The notes beneath the pieces were generated by a model that saw only the letters and a program-made list of their open reading frames with translations, was not told where the DNA came from and ran no database searches. 64,000 bases of DNA from Polaribacter sp. (GTDB lineage Bacteria; Bacteroidota; Bacteroidia; Flavobacteriales; Flavobacteriaceae). The stretch spans positions 105,698-169,697 of the forward strand of contig JAQWGI010000017.1 in NCBI GenBank assembly GCA_029238315.1, in the 5' to 3' direction. Positions 37,961 to 46,347 of this stretch are shown one piece after another (the stretch's first letter is position 1; each line of letters opens with the position of its first letter). The position numbers and the translations under genes were made by a program.

Positions 37961-39574
37961 TTATTTGGTTTCTTTTTTCTTTTTACGGTAATAATTAACT
38001 GCAAAATAACCCATTAATAAGATCAAGAAAACATTAAAATAGGATCTTGGCTCTCCGTCACCACCAACAGTGGTAAACATTCTGTCCCAACGAATTGAAG
38101 AAAATTTAGCGAATCCTTTAGCGTCTGGATCCCAACTTAACCAAATAAATACTGGTTTTCCAACTACATGATCAAACGGAACATAACCCCAAGAACGAGC
38201 GTCTAAAGAGTTTTGCCTGTTGTCTCCCATCATCCAATAATAATCTTGTTTAAATGTATAAGAAGTCGCTTTTTTACCATTTAGATAATAATCATTACCT
38301 ACAATTGATAAGTTATTGTGCTCGTATCTTCTGATAACTTGTTCGTAAAAAGGCATTGATTTTTCGTTTAACTCAACCGTTTCTCCTTTTTTAGGAATGT
38401 AAATGGGGCCGTAATTATCATTCGTCCATAAATAATGAGGACTATGCGGAAATAAATCTTTATTAAAAGTGCCTTTTGGTTCTATATTTTTTATAACACT
38501 TTTTACTATCGGATTGTTTTTTATCAATGCAGCTTCATCATCTGTTAAATTTAAAATAAACTTTCCGTTTCTAAAACCGTATTCTCTAATATTGTATCTT
38601 TTTGATGCGCCTTGACTAAATTGCTTTCCGCCAGTATCAACCGTAAAAAAATATTGCGGTTTTGCCCTGTCTGGCAATACCGTTCTTTTTCCGTTGATAT
38701 ATACATAACCATCTCTTACTTCTAAAGAGTCTCCCGGAATACCAACTGCACGTTTTACATAATTGGTTCTTTTATCTAGTGGTTTGTAGGTAAATTTCCC
38801 GGATGTATCTCCCCACATTAAATTTAAAGAATCGGCCGGCCAACTAAAAACTACAATGTCGTTTCGCTTAATTTTCTGAATTCCCGGCAATCGCATGTAT
38901 GGTAATGCCAGTTTATTTAACCAAGAATCTTGATCTTTAGAGTCTGAAACATAGGATTTAAATGAAGAAGTTAAATTCATTCCTGTTAAAGGAATTGGAA
39001 TAGCAGGAATTGTATCATGAACCATTGGAGCAGAAACTGCAGACATTGGAACTCTTGCTCCATAATGGAATTTACTTACAAATAAGAAATCACCAACGTA
39101 CAATGTTTTTTCTAATGATGAAGACGGAATTGTATAGGGTTGCATAAAATAAGTATGTACTAAAGTGGCGGCAATAATTGCAAATGCAACTGAGCTGATC
39201 CATTCTCCAAGCGCACTTCTTGGGTCTAAACTTCTGTCTTTTACATAATTGTTTTTAGAAAAATAATTGATAAAAAATAAATAAAAACCCAATGTTGCTA
39301 CAGCTAAAATTGTGTCTAATTTTTTATGATGACTATAACTTCTACACGTTTCTATCCAAATAATTGGAAACATTAATAGATTTATAATTGGAATAAACAA
39401 TAAGATTGTCCACCATTTTGGGCGATTGATAATTTGCATCAATACAATTGCGTTGTATATAGGTACAATTGCTTCCCAAGCTTTTCTGCCAGCTTTTATA
39501 TATAATTTCCAAGTAGCTAAAAAGTGAATTACTTGTATTGTTATGAAGAATAAAAACCACTCTGTAAATGTCAT
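37961..39574 (-). CDS. lepB: Signal peptidase I with an extra N-terminal membrane domain (DUF5684-like)
   Basis: Catalytic Ser PSSSLEKTL, Lys YVKRAVG, GDNRQNSLDARSWG. Confidence 0.93.
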   Translation of the reverse strand: MTFTEWFLFFITIQVIHFLATWKLYIKAGRKAWEAIVPIYNAIVLMQIINRPKWWTILLFIPIINLLMFPIIWIETCRSYSHHKKLDTILAVATLGFYLFFINYFSKNNYVKDRSLDPRSALGEWISSVAFAIIAATLVHTYFMQPYTIPSSSLEKTLYVGDFLFVSKFHYGARVPMSAVSAPMVHDTIPAIPIPLTGMNLTSSFKSYVSDSKDQDSWLNKLALPYMRLPGIQKIKRNDIVVFSWPADSLNLMWGDTSGKFTYKPLDKRTNYVKRAVGIPGDSLEVRDGYVYINGKRTVLPDRAKPQYFFTVDTGGKQFSQGASKRYNIREYGFRNGKFILNLTDDEAALIKNNPIVKSVIKNIEPKGTFNKDLFPHSPHYLWTNDNYGPIYIPKKGETVELNEKSMPFYEQVIRRYEHNNLSIVGNDYYLNGKKATSYTFKQDYYWMMGDNRQNSLDARSWGYVPFDHVVGKPVFIWLSWDPDAKGFAKFSSIRWDRMFTTVGGDGEPRSYFNVFLILLMGYFAVNYYRKKKKETK

Positions 39575-39589
39575 AATTGTTTTTTTTAT

Positions 39590-39646
39590 GTCTGGTTGAG
39601 CTTAGTCGAAACCTATTTTTGATTTCTCGATCGCACTCGAAAAGAC
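39590..39646. repeat. REP-like palindromic intergenic element (two inverted arms)
   Basis: GTCTGGTTGAGCTTAGTCGAAA at 39590-39611 and TCTCGATCGCACTCGAAAAGAC at 39625-39646 pair through GTC/GAC, GAG/CTC and TCGA/TCGA. Confidence 0.6.
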
Positions 39647-39691
39647 AATATTATATTAATTAGAGAAAAACTCTAAAATTTGTTACATTCT

Positions 39692-40393
39692 TTAACCAAT
39701 GTTTAACACATCTTTCATTGTAAAAACACCTTTCTTGTTCAAAATCCATTCTGCTGCAACAACAGCTCCTAAAGCAAAACCTTTTCGGTTATTTGCTGTG
39801 TGTTTTATTGCTATAGAATCTATTTCAGAATCATAATTTATACGATGTGTTCCGGGAACATCACCAATTCTTTTTGATGCAATCGGAATTATTTCTTCAG
39901 ATGCTTTTCCGTTTAATTTCCAGTTTAATTTTGAACTATTTTCTATAATTCCTTCTGCCAGTGTAATAGCTGTTCCGCTTGGTGCATCTAATTTTTGTGT
40001 GTGATGAATCTCTTCGATTGTGATGTTGTAATCACTTAAAGTATTCATCATTTTTGCTAATTGATTATTGAGTTCGAAAAAAATATTTACGCCCAAACTA
40101 AAGTTCGAAGCATAAATAAAAGCACCATTTTTCTCGTTACATAAATCAACCATTTTGTCATAATTTTCTAACCAACCAGTAGTTCCAGAAATCACTGGAA
40201 TTTGATTTTCAATACAATTAGAAATGTTATTTACAGCAGAATTAGGAACACTAAAATCAATAGCAACATCTGCTTCTAAAATATTATATGTAGAATCAGC
40301 TTTAGATTTGATAACAATTGTATGCCCTCTTTGTAAAGCAATTTTTTCAATTTCCTTACCCATTCTTCCGTATCCTAATAAAGCTATTTTCAT
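39692..40393 (-). CDS. dapB: 4-hydroxy-tetrahydrodipicolinate reductase
   Basis: GYGRMG, SGTTG, SNFSLG, EIHHTQKLDAPSGTA. Confidence 0.95.
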   Translation of the reverse strand: MKIALLGYGRMGKEIEKIALQRGHTIVIKSKADSTYNILEADVAIDFSVPNSAVNNISNCIENQIPVISGTTGWLENYDKMVDLCNEKNGAFIYASNFSLGVNIFFELNNQLAKMMNTLSDYNITIEEIHHTQKLDAPSGTAITLAEGIIENSSKLNWKLNGKASEEIIPIASKRIGDVPGTHRINYDSEIDSIAIKHTANNRKGFALGAVVAAEWILNKKGVFTMKDVLNIG

Positions 40394-40984
40394 CTAAAAA
40401 TTAAATTTAAAAGAGAGTCCAAATTTAGGAATTTCATAGTTTCTTGTATCGTAACTCATTGTTGGAGTAAAAGAAACGTTGTCGTTTGTGTTGAATTGTA
40501 ATAAATGTGCATTTACACTTGCTTCTACTATTTGTAATACGTAAAAAATAACGGTGCTTAATAAAGCAAGATCTCGATTATTTTTTAATGTTTTTTGTGC
40601 ACTTATTAGCCCGTTTCTAGATATGGTTAAAGAACCATCATTGTTTGTGAACTCGTCTTGCAAGCCTGCTTCACGCATTTTAAAAGCTGTTCTGTAACGG
40701 TCGTATTCATTGTTGTTATCTAGATATAAATAAATACTTGTGCCCATTGCACCCCAAACAATAGGTGCTTTCCAATATTTTTTATTATAAATTTGTCCTC
40801 CGCCAGGTAAAATAGCAGCGTAAAACGCAGCTTTAGATGGCGATAAAGGATTAAAATAGTTGCTATTTGTTTTGATTTTTTCCTTTATTTTAATATCATC
40901 TACTTGGGTAGAATCTTTTTGTGCACTTATTGAAATTGATATAAGTACAGTTAAAAGAAAAAGTATTTTTTTTAGTGATAACAC
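40394..40984 (-). CDS. Exported protein (recalled as DUF5683)
   Basis: Signal peptide, P-x-K-A-A-x-x-A-A-I-L-P-G-x-G-Q-I-Y-N-K-K-Y-W-K motif, C-terminal Phe. Confidence 0.8.
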   Translation of the reverse strand: MLSLKKILFLLTVLISISISAQKDSTQVDDIKIKEKIKTNSNYFNPLSPSKAAFYAAILPGGGQIYNKKYWKAPIVWGAMGTSIYLYLDNNNEYDRYRTAFKMREAGLQDEFTNNDGSLTISRNGLISAQKTLKNNRDLALLSTVIFYVLQIVEASVNAHLLQFNTNDNVSFTPTMSYDTRNYEIPKFGLSFKFNF

Positions 40985-41871
40985 TATTTAAGTAAGTTTT
41001 TTATGCGGTGAAATTCTTCTTCAGATTTAAAAGAAATTGATATTTTTCCTTTTCCTTTAGCGTTAGTATTCACTTCTACTTTACTGCCAAAGAATAAATT
41101 TAACTCTGTTATAGATTCTTTTACAAAATTTGGAATTTGTTTCGTCTGTTTAACACTTGTATTTCCGGCTTTTAAATTTTTAACCAATTCTTCTGTCTGT
41201 CTAACAGATAATTTGTCTTTAACAATTTTGGTGTAAATATTTAGTTGATCTTCTGATGAATCTACATTTATTAATGCGCGTCCGTGTCCCATAGAAATAA
41301 ATCCATCTCGCATTCCGGTCTGAATAATTGGATCTAATTTTAACAAACGCAAATAGTTTGTAACGGTAGACCTTTTTTTACCAACTCTAACACTTAATTG
41401 TTCTTGTGTTAGCTGAATTTCTTCAATTAACCGTTGATAAGATAACGCTACTTCAATTGGGTCTAAATTCTTACGTTGAATGTTTTCTACCAGAGCCATT
41501 TCTAGCATTTCTTGGTCATTTGCTATTCGAATGTATGCTGGTACTGTTCCGTTACCAACTAATTTAGAAGCTCTATATCTTCGCTCACCAGAAACTAACT
41601 GAAATTTGTTTCCTTCTAGTTTCCGAACTGTAATAGGTTGTATAACTCCAAGCTCTTTGATAGAATTAGCTAATTCTGTTAACGCATCTTCATCAAAATA
41701 GGTTCTTGGTTGAAAAGGATTTACTTCAATGTTTTGTAATTCAATCTCAACAATATTTCCAACTAATTTATCCGCATTTTTATCTGAAGCGAAATTGATG
41801 TCAGCAGAACTTTCTTTTAGTAATGCAGACAGCCCTCTTCCTAAGGCTTGCTTTTTTGTTGCTTTTGCCAT
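40984..41871 (-). CDS. parB: Chromosome partition protein ParB
   Basis: NPFQPR, SGERRYRA, ALVENIQR, HTH. Confidence 0.95.
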   Translation of the reverse strand: MAKATKKQALGRGLSALLKESSADINFASDKNADKLVGNIVEIELQNIEVNPFQPRTYFDEDALTELANSIKELGVIQPITVRKLEGNKFQLVSGERRYRASKLVGNGTVPAYIRIANDQEMLEMALVENIQRKNLDPIEVALSYQRLIEEIQLTQEQLSVRVGKKRSTVTNYLRLLKLDPIIQTGMRDGFISMGHGRALINVDSSEDQLNIYTKIVKDKLSVRQTEELVKNLKAGNTSVKQTKQIPNFVKESITELNLFFGSKVEVNTNAKGKGKISISFKSEEEFHRIKNLLK

Positions 41872-42635
41872 TATACGTTTTTCTTAATAATTTCGTTTGC
41901 CAAACTTAAATAATTCACAGCACCTTTGCTTGTAGCATCATAAGCAATAATGCTTTCTCCATAACTTGGTGCCTCTCCTAATCTTGTGTTTCTTCTAATA
42001 ATTGTATCAAAAACCATACTGCTAAAGTGTTTTCTTACTTCTTCAACTACCTGGTTTGATAAACGCAAACGAGCATCAAACATCGTTAGTAAAAGTCCTT
42101 CAATATCTAAGTTAGGATTGTGTATTTTTTGAACACTTTTAATGGTGTTTAACAATTTACCTAGACCTTCTAATGCAAAATATTCACATTGAATTGGAAT
42201 GATTACAGCATTTGCTGCAACTAAAGAATTTAGGGTAATTAGGCCTAAAGACGGTGCGCAATCAATTAAAATATAATCGTAGGTGTTTGTTATTTTTTTT
42301 AAGGCTTTTTGCAACATATATTCTCGTTGCTCTTTGTCTACTAATTCAATTTCAATGGCAACCAGATCAATGTGTGCAGGTATGATATCTACATTTGGAG
42401 ACGTAGTTTTTTGAATGGCTTCATTTATTGATGCCGTATGCTCTAAAACTTGGTACGTTCCAATTTCTACATTTTCAACATCTATGCCTAATCCAGAAGA
42501 TGCATTTGCTTGGGGGTCTGCATCAATAAGGAGTATTTTTTTTTCTAGAACACCTAAAGAAGCTGCTAGATTTACGGCTGTAGTTGTTTTACCAACACCA
42601 CCTTTTTGATTTGCAATTGCAATAATTTTCCCCAT
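41871..42635 (-). CDS. parA: Chromosome partition ATPase ParA/Soj
   Basis: NQKGGVGKTT, DADPQAN, DCAPSLG, QCEYFALEG. Confidence 0.95.
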   Translation of the reverse strand: MGKIIAIANQKGGVGKTTTAVNLAASLGVLEKKILLIDADPQANASSGLGIDVENVEIGTYQVLEHTASINEAIQKTTSPNVDIIPAHIDLVAIEIELVDKEQREYMLQKALKKITNTYDYILIDCAPSLGLITLNSLVAANAVIIPIQCEYFALEGLGKLLNTIKSVQKIHNPNLDIEGLLLTMFDARLRLSNQVVEEVRKHFSSMVFDTIIRRNTRLGEAPSYGESIIAYDATSKGAVNYLSLANEIIKKNV

Positions 42636-42821
42636 TCAATAAAACGATTATATAAAAAGTAAAAATACGATTATTTGTTGTTATTTAAAATCAAAGATGT
42701 TAACATTGCTATAAAAACGTAAGACTCTTATTTTAAAGTTTTTATATTTATTTTATTAAAGATAATAAACATTATTGTAGAGAGAAAATCGTAAAGTTAT
42801 GAGCTATTTTTCTAATTCTTT

Positions 42822-44285
42822 TTAGGATTTATTCGGAATGTTTTTAAGAATTTCTAATAAGAACTTCCAGAACTTTTGAGTAGAAGAAATGCTTGCTCTT
42901 TCGTCTGGAGAGTGCGCTCCTAAAATTGTAGGTCCAAAAGAAACCATATCCATTTTGGGATAATTCTGTCCTAAAATACCACACTCTAATCCAGCATGAC
43001 AAGCTGCGATTTTTGCTTTTTCTCCGTGTAGTTTTTCATACAGACTGTCTACTATTTTTAAAATATCAGAGTTTATGTTTGGCAACCAGCCAGGATATTC
43101 ACCAGAGAAACTAACTTCAAGTCCAGCCAATTCAAATGCAGATCGAATTGAATTTGCGACATCTATTTTATTTGTTTCTGAAGAAGATCTTGTTAAGCAT
43201 TTTACGGAAATTTCACCATTTTTAACTACAACCTTAGCAATATTATTTGAGGTTTCTACCAAGTCTTTAATATCTGGACTCATTCTGTAAACACCATTTA
43301 AAGTAGCATAAACCGACCTTATAAATCCTTCTTGAATACCTAAATTCATGATTTTTTCTGGAAGATTTGTTTCAGAAACTTCTACAGATAAATTAGGCTC
43401 TATACTTTTAAATTCTGATTTAATATTGTGTATTAGTTCTTTTATTTCAAAAAAGAAGGGTTCTTTAGAGATATTGTCAATAACAATTGTAGCTTTACTT
43501 TCTCTTGGAATTGCGTTGCGCAAACTACCGCCATTGATTTCTGAAATTCTTAATCCGAAGTTTTCAAAACCATCAAATAAAATTCGATTCATTATTTTAT
43601 TAGCATTCCCCAATCCTTTGTGAATATCCATTCCAGAATGCCCACCATTTAATCCACTTACAGAAATGATAAAAGCAGCGCAGTTATCAGAAACAGTTTC
43701 TTCATTATAGGTTCTTTTTGCGGTAATATCGATTCCTCCGGCACAACCCATTCCAATTTCATCATCTTCTTCAGTATCTAGATTCAACAAAATTTCGCCG
43801 TCTAAATATCCAGATTCTAATCCTTTTGCGCCTGTCATACCTGTTTCTTCATCAATAGTAAATAAGGCTTCAATTGCAGGGTGTTCTATGGTTTTAGATT
43901 CTAAAACACTCATAATTGCTGCAACTCCTAGGCCATTATCTGCGCCCAATGTTGTTCCTTTTGCAGTCACCCAATCGCCATCAATAACCATTTCGATTCC
44001 TTGAGAATCAAAATCGAAAACTGTATCAGCGTTTTTTTGATGAACCATATCTAGATGGCTTTGCATTACAACCGTTTTTTTATTTTCAAAACCGGTAGTT
44101 GCTGGTTTTTTAATGATAACGTTTCCAACATTATCAACAACAGTTTCTAGGTTTAATTTTTTTCCAAAATCAACCATAAAGGCAATCACTCTTTCTTCCT
44201 TTTTTGACGGACGAGGTACTGCATTTAAATTTGTAAAATTATTCCAGACGGATTTTGGTTCTAGGTTTCTTATTTCTGTATTCAT
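42822..44285 (-). CDS. pepD: Aminoacyl-histidine dipeptidase (M20C)
   Basis: QSHLDMV, GADNG, DEETG, DTEE, HAGLECG, HSPDE. Confidence 0.93.
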   Translation of the reverse strand: MNTEIRNLEPKSVWNNFTNLNAVPRPSKKEERVIAFMVDFGKKLNLETVVDNVGNVIIKKPATTGFENKKTVVMQSHLDMVHQKNADTVFDFDSQGIEMVIDGDWVTAKGTTLGADNGLGVAAIMSVLESKTIEHPAIEALFTIDEETGMTGAKGLESGYLDGEILLNLDTEEDDEIGMGCAGGIDITAKRTYNEETVSDNCAAFIISVSGLNGGHSGMDIHKGLGNANKIMNRILFDGFENFGLRISEINGGSLRNAIPRESKATIVIDNISKEPFFFEIKELIHNIKSEFKSIEPNLSVEVSETNLPEKIMNLGIQEGFIRSVYATLNGVYRMSPDIKDLVETSNNIAKVVVKNGEISVKCLTRSSSETNKIDVANSIRSAFELAGLEVSFSGEYPGWLPNINSDILKIVDSLYEKLHGEKAKIAACHAGLECGILGQNYPKMDMVSFGPTILGAHSPDERASISSTQKFWKFLLEILKNIPNKS

Positions 44286-44309
44286 GATGAGTTTTTTAAG
44301 GATTTAAAT

Positions 44310-44942
44310 TTAGTTGATTTCAATAACAACTTCTGCTGTTTTTTTACGTACTTTTTTTAGGTCTTTCATAAAACAATCTTCTGCTCTAAATCCCACAGGC
44401 ATTACCAAAACAGAGGTTAGGTTGTGTTTGTTGAGATTTAGAATTTCATCGTACTTTTCAGGAATAAATCCTTCCATCGGACACGTGTCTATTTGTTCAT
44501 TTGCAGCAACAGTCATTAAATTACCTAATGCAATGTAAGCTTGATTAGTGTTCCAAATTTTTAACTCCTCATGTGTTTTATTTTCAATAGAACTTGTAAG
44601 CATCTTTTTAAATGGATTCAAGACTTCATCAGGTGTACTTCTGATAGTTTTTATTAAAGAAAAATAATTATCAACATCTTTCGTTGTGTATTTTTTTGGA
44701 ATGCATAGTACCAAAACATGAGATGCGTCTGCAATTTGTTGTTGGTTCCAAGAGTGAGAAACCAATTGCTTTTGAATTTCTTTATTTTGAATCACAATCA
44801 TTTTCACAGGTTGTAATCCATAAGATGTAGCCGTTAAATTGAAAGCTTCTTTAAGTGTGTTTATTTGTGAATTTGAAAGTGATTTTGTTGCATCAAACTT
44901 CTTTGTTGCATAGCGCCATTCTAAATTTTTGATACTATTCAT
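44310..44942 (-). CDS. Nitroreductase-family NAD(P)H oxidoreductase (NfsB-like)
   Basis: WRYATKKFD, TSYGLQP, NQQQIADAS, DTCPMEGF. Confidence 0.9.
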   Translation of the reverse strand: MNSIKNLEWRYATKKFDATKSLSNSQINTLKEAFNLTATSYGLQPVKMIVIQNKEIQKQLVSHSWNQQQIADASHVLVLCIPKKYTTKDVDNYFSLIKTIRSTPDEVLNPFKKMLTSSIENKTHEELKIWNTNQAYIALGNLMTVAANEQIDTCPMEGFIPEKYDEILNLNKHNLTSVLVMPVGFRAEDCFMKDLKKVRKKTAEVVIEIN

Positions 44943-45072
44943 TGTATATCTATTTATGCTGCAAAAATAAGAAACAATAATCAGCTATGCTGATACAGAT
45001 GATAATAAATGCCAATAGTTGTATAGAAATATTTTTGTAACTTGATATGCGAAAAAGAATAAGTATATTGCT

Positions 45073-46347
45073 ATGAAAGAAGATTTTCTTCATTATTTAT
45101 GGAAGCATCAATTGTTTTCTGCATCAGATTTACAAACAACAGAATTTAATGCAATTGAAATTGTTTTTCCTGGGATTCATAATTTTAATGCAGGACCAGA
45201 TTTTTTAAACGCTAAAATTAAAGTTGACAACATTTTATGGATTGGACATGTTGAGATTCATATTCATTCTTCTGATTGGTATGTCCATCAACATGAGAAG
45301 GATTCTAATTATAATTCTGTTATTCTACATGTAGTTTGGGAAGACGATGTGGCAGTTTTTGGAATGAATAACTTGCCTTTGCCAACGTTAAATATTGCTA
45401 AGTTAGTTGCAGATGATTTGTTGTTGAATTATAAAAGTCTGTATTCTAAAGAACAGCGTTGGATTCCTTGTGAAAAGTCAATAAAAACCATTGATTCCTT
45501 TGTGCTTGACAATTGGAAAGAACGTTTGTTTTTTGAGCGTTTAGAAGAAAAATCAATCTTAATTAATCAATTGTTGAGCAATTCTAATAATAATTACGAA
45601 GCGGTTTTGTTTAAGTTACTTGCCAAGAATTTTGGTTTGAAAACAAATGCAGAAGCCTTTTTAAATTTTGCAAATTCAATTGATTTTTCGATTGTTAGAA
45701 AGCTGCAAAACGATGTTTTTAAATTACAGGCATTATTTTTTGGACAAGCTGGTTTTTTGGAAGAAACATCTAAAGAAAAATTTGTAAATAAATTAAAAAC
45801 TGAATATAAGTACTTAAAGCACAAATTTAATTTAAAACCAATTCATAATGGACAGTTTCAGTTTTTTAGAATGCGACCAACAAATTTTCCAACAATACGA
45901 ATTGCACAATTGGTCTTTTTATATTACAAGCAACAAAATTTGTTTTCAAAATTGATAGCAACTTCTGATTTAAAAACAATGTATCAACTGTTTTCAGTTG
46001 AATTAAATGATTTTTGGAAAATACATTTTACGTTTAAAACAGTGTCAAAAAAAACATCCAAAAAACTCACAAAATCCTTTGTAGATTTATTACTCATAAA
46101 TACAATTTTTCCATTAAAATTTAACTATCTAAAAAGTAGAGGTGTGGTAGATGAAACAGCGTTTTTGTCATTAATTCAAGAATTAAAACCAGAAAAAAAT
46201 TCGATTATTGATAGGTTTAGTAAGTTGAAAATAAGTTCTAAAAATGCTTTTGAAACACAGGCTTTATTACAGCTTAAAAATAATTATTGCGCAAAGAAAC
46301 GTTGTTTACAATGCGCAATAGGTAATGTTATTTTAAATAGAGCTTAG
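45073..46347 (+). CDS. Conserved Bacteroidota protein (recalled as DUF2851)
   Basis: MKEDFLHYLW, GPDF...W.G.VEIH, LHVVW, RMRPTNFPTIR, C-terminal C-x4-C-x2-C. Confidence 0.8.
   Translation: MKEDFLHYLWKHQLFSASDLQTTEFNAIEIVFPGIHNFNAGPDFLNAKIKVDNILWIGHVEIHIHSSDWYVHQHEKDSNYNSVILHVVWEDDVAVFGMNNLPLPTLNIAKLVADDLLLNYKSLYSKEQRWIPCEKSIKTIDSFVLDNWKERLFFERLEEKSILINQLLSNSNNNYEAVLFKLLAKNFGLKTNAEAFLNFANSIDFSIVRKLQNDVFKLQALFFGQAGFLEETSKEKFVNKLKTEYKYLKHKFNLKPIHNGQFQFFRMRPTNFPTIRIAQLVFLYYKQQNLFSKLIATSDLKTMYQLFSVELNDFWKIHFTFKTVSKKTSKKLTKSFVDLLLINTIFPLKFNYLKSRGVVDETAFLSLIQELKPEKNSIIDRFSKLKISSKNAFETQALLQLKNNYCAKKRCLQCAIGNVILNRA

Noticed and set aside
40984-42821. parS sites or oriC near parAB
   Set aside because: By eye I found no TGTTTCACGTGAAACA-like palindrome and no DnaA-box cluster. 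The one TGTGGATAA I saw (about 50886) is inside a CDS. A motif scan would settle it.
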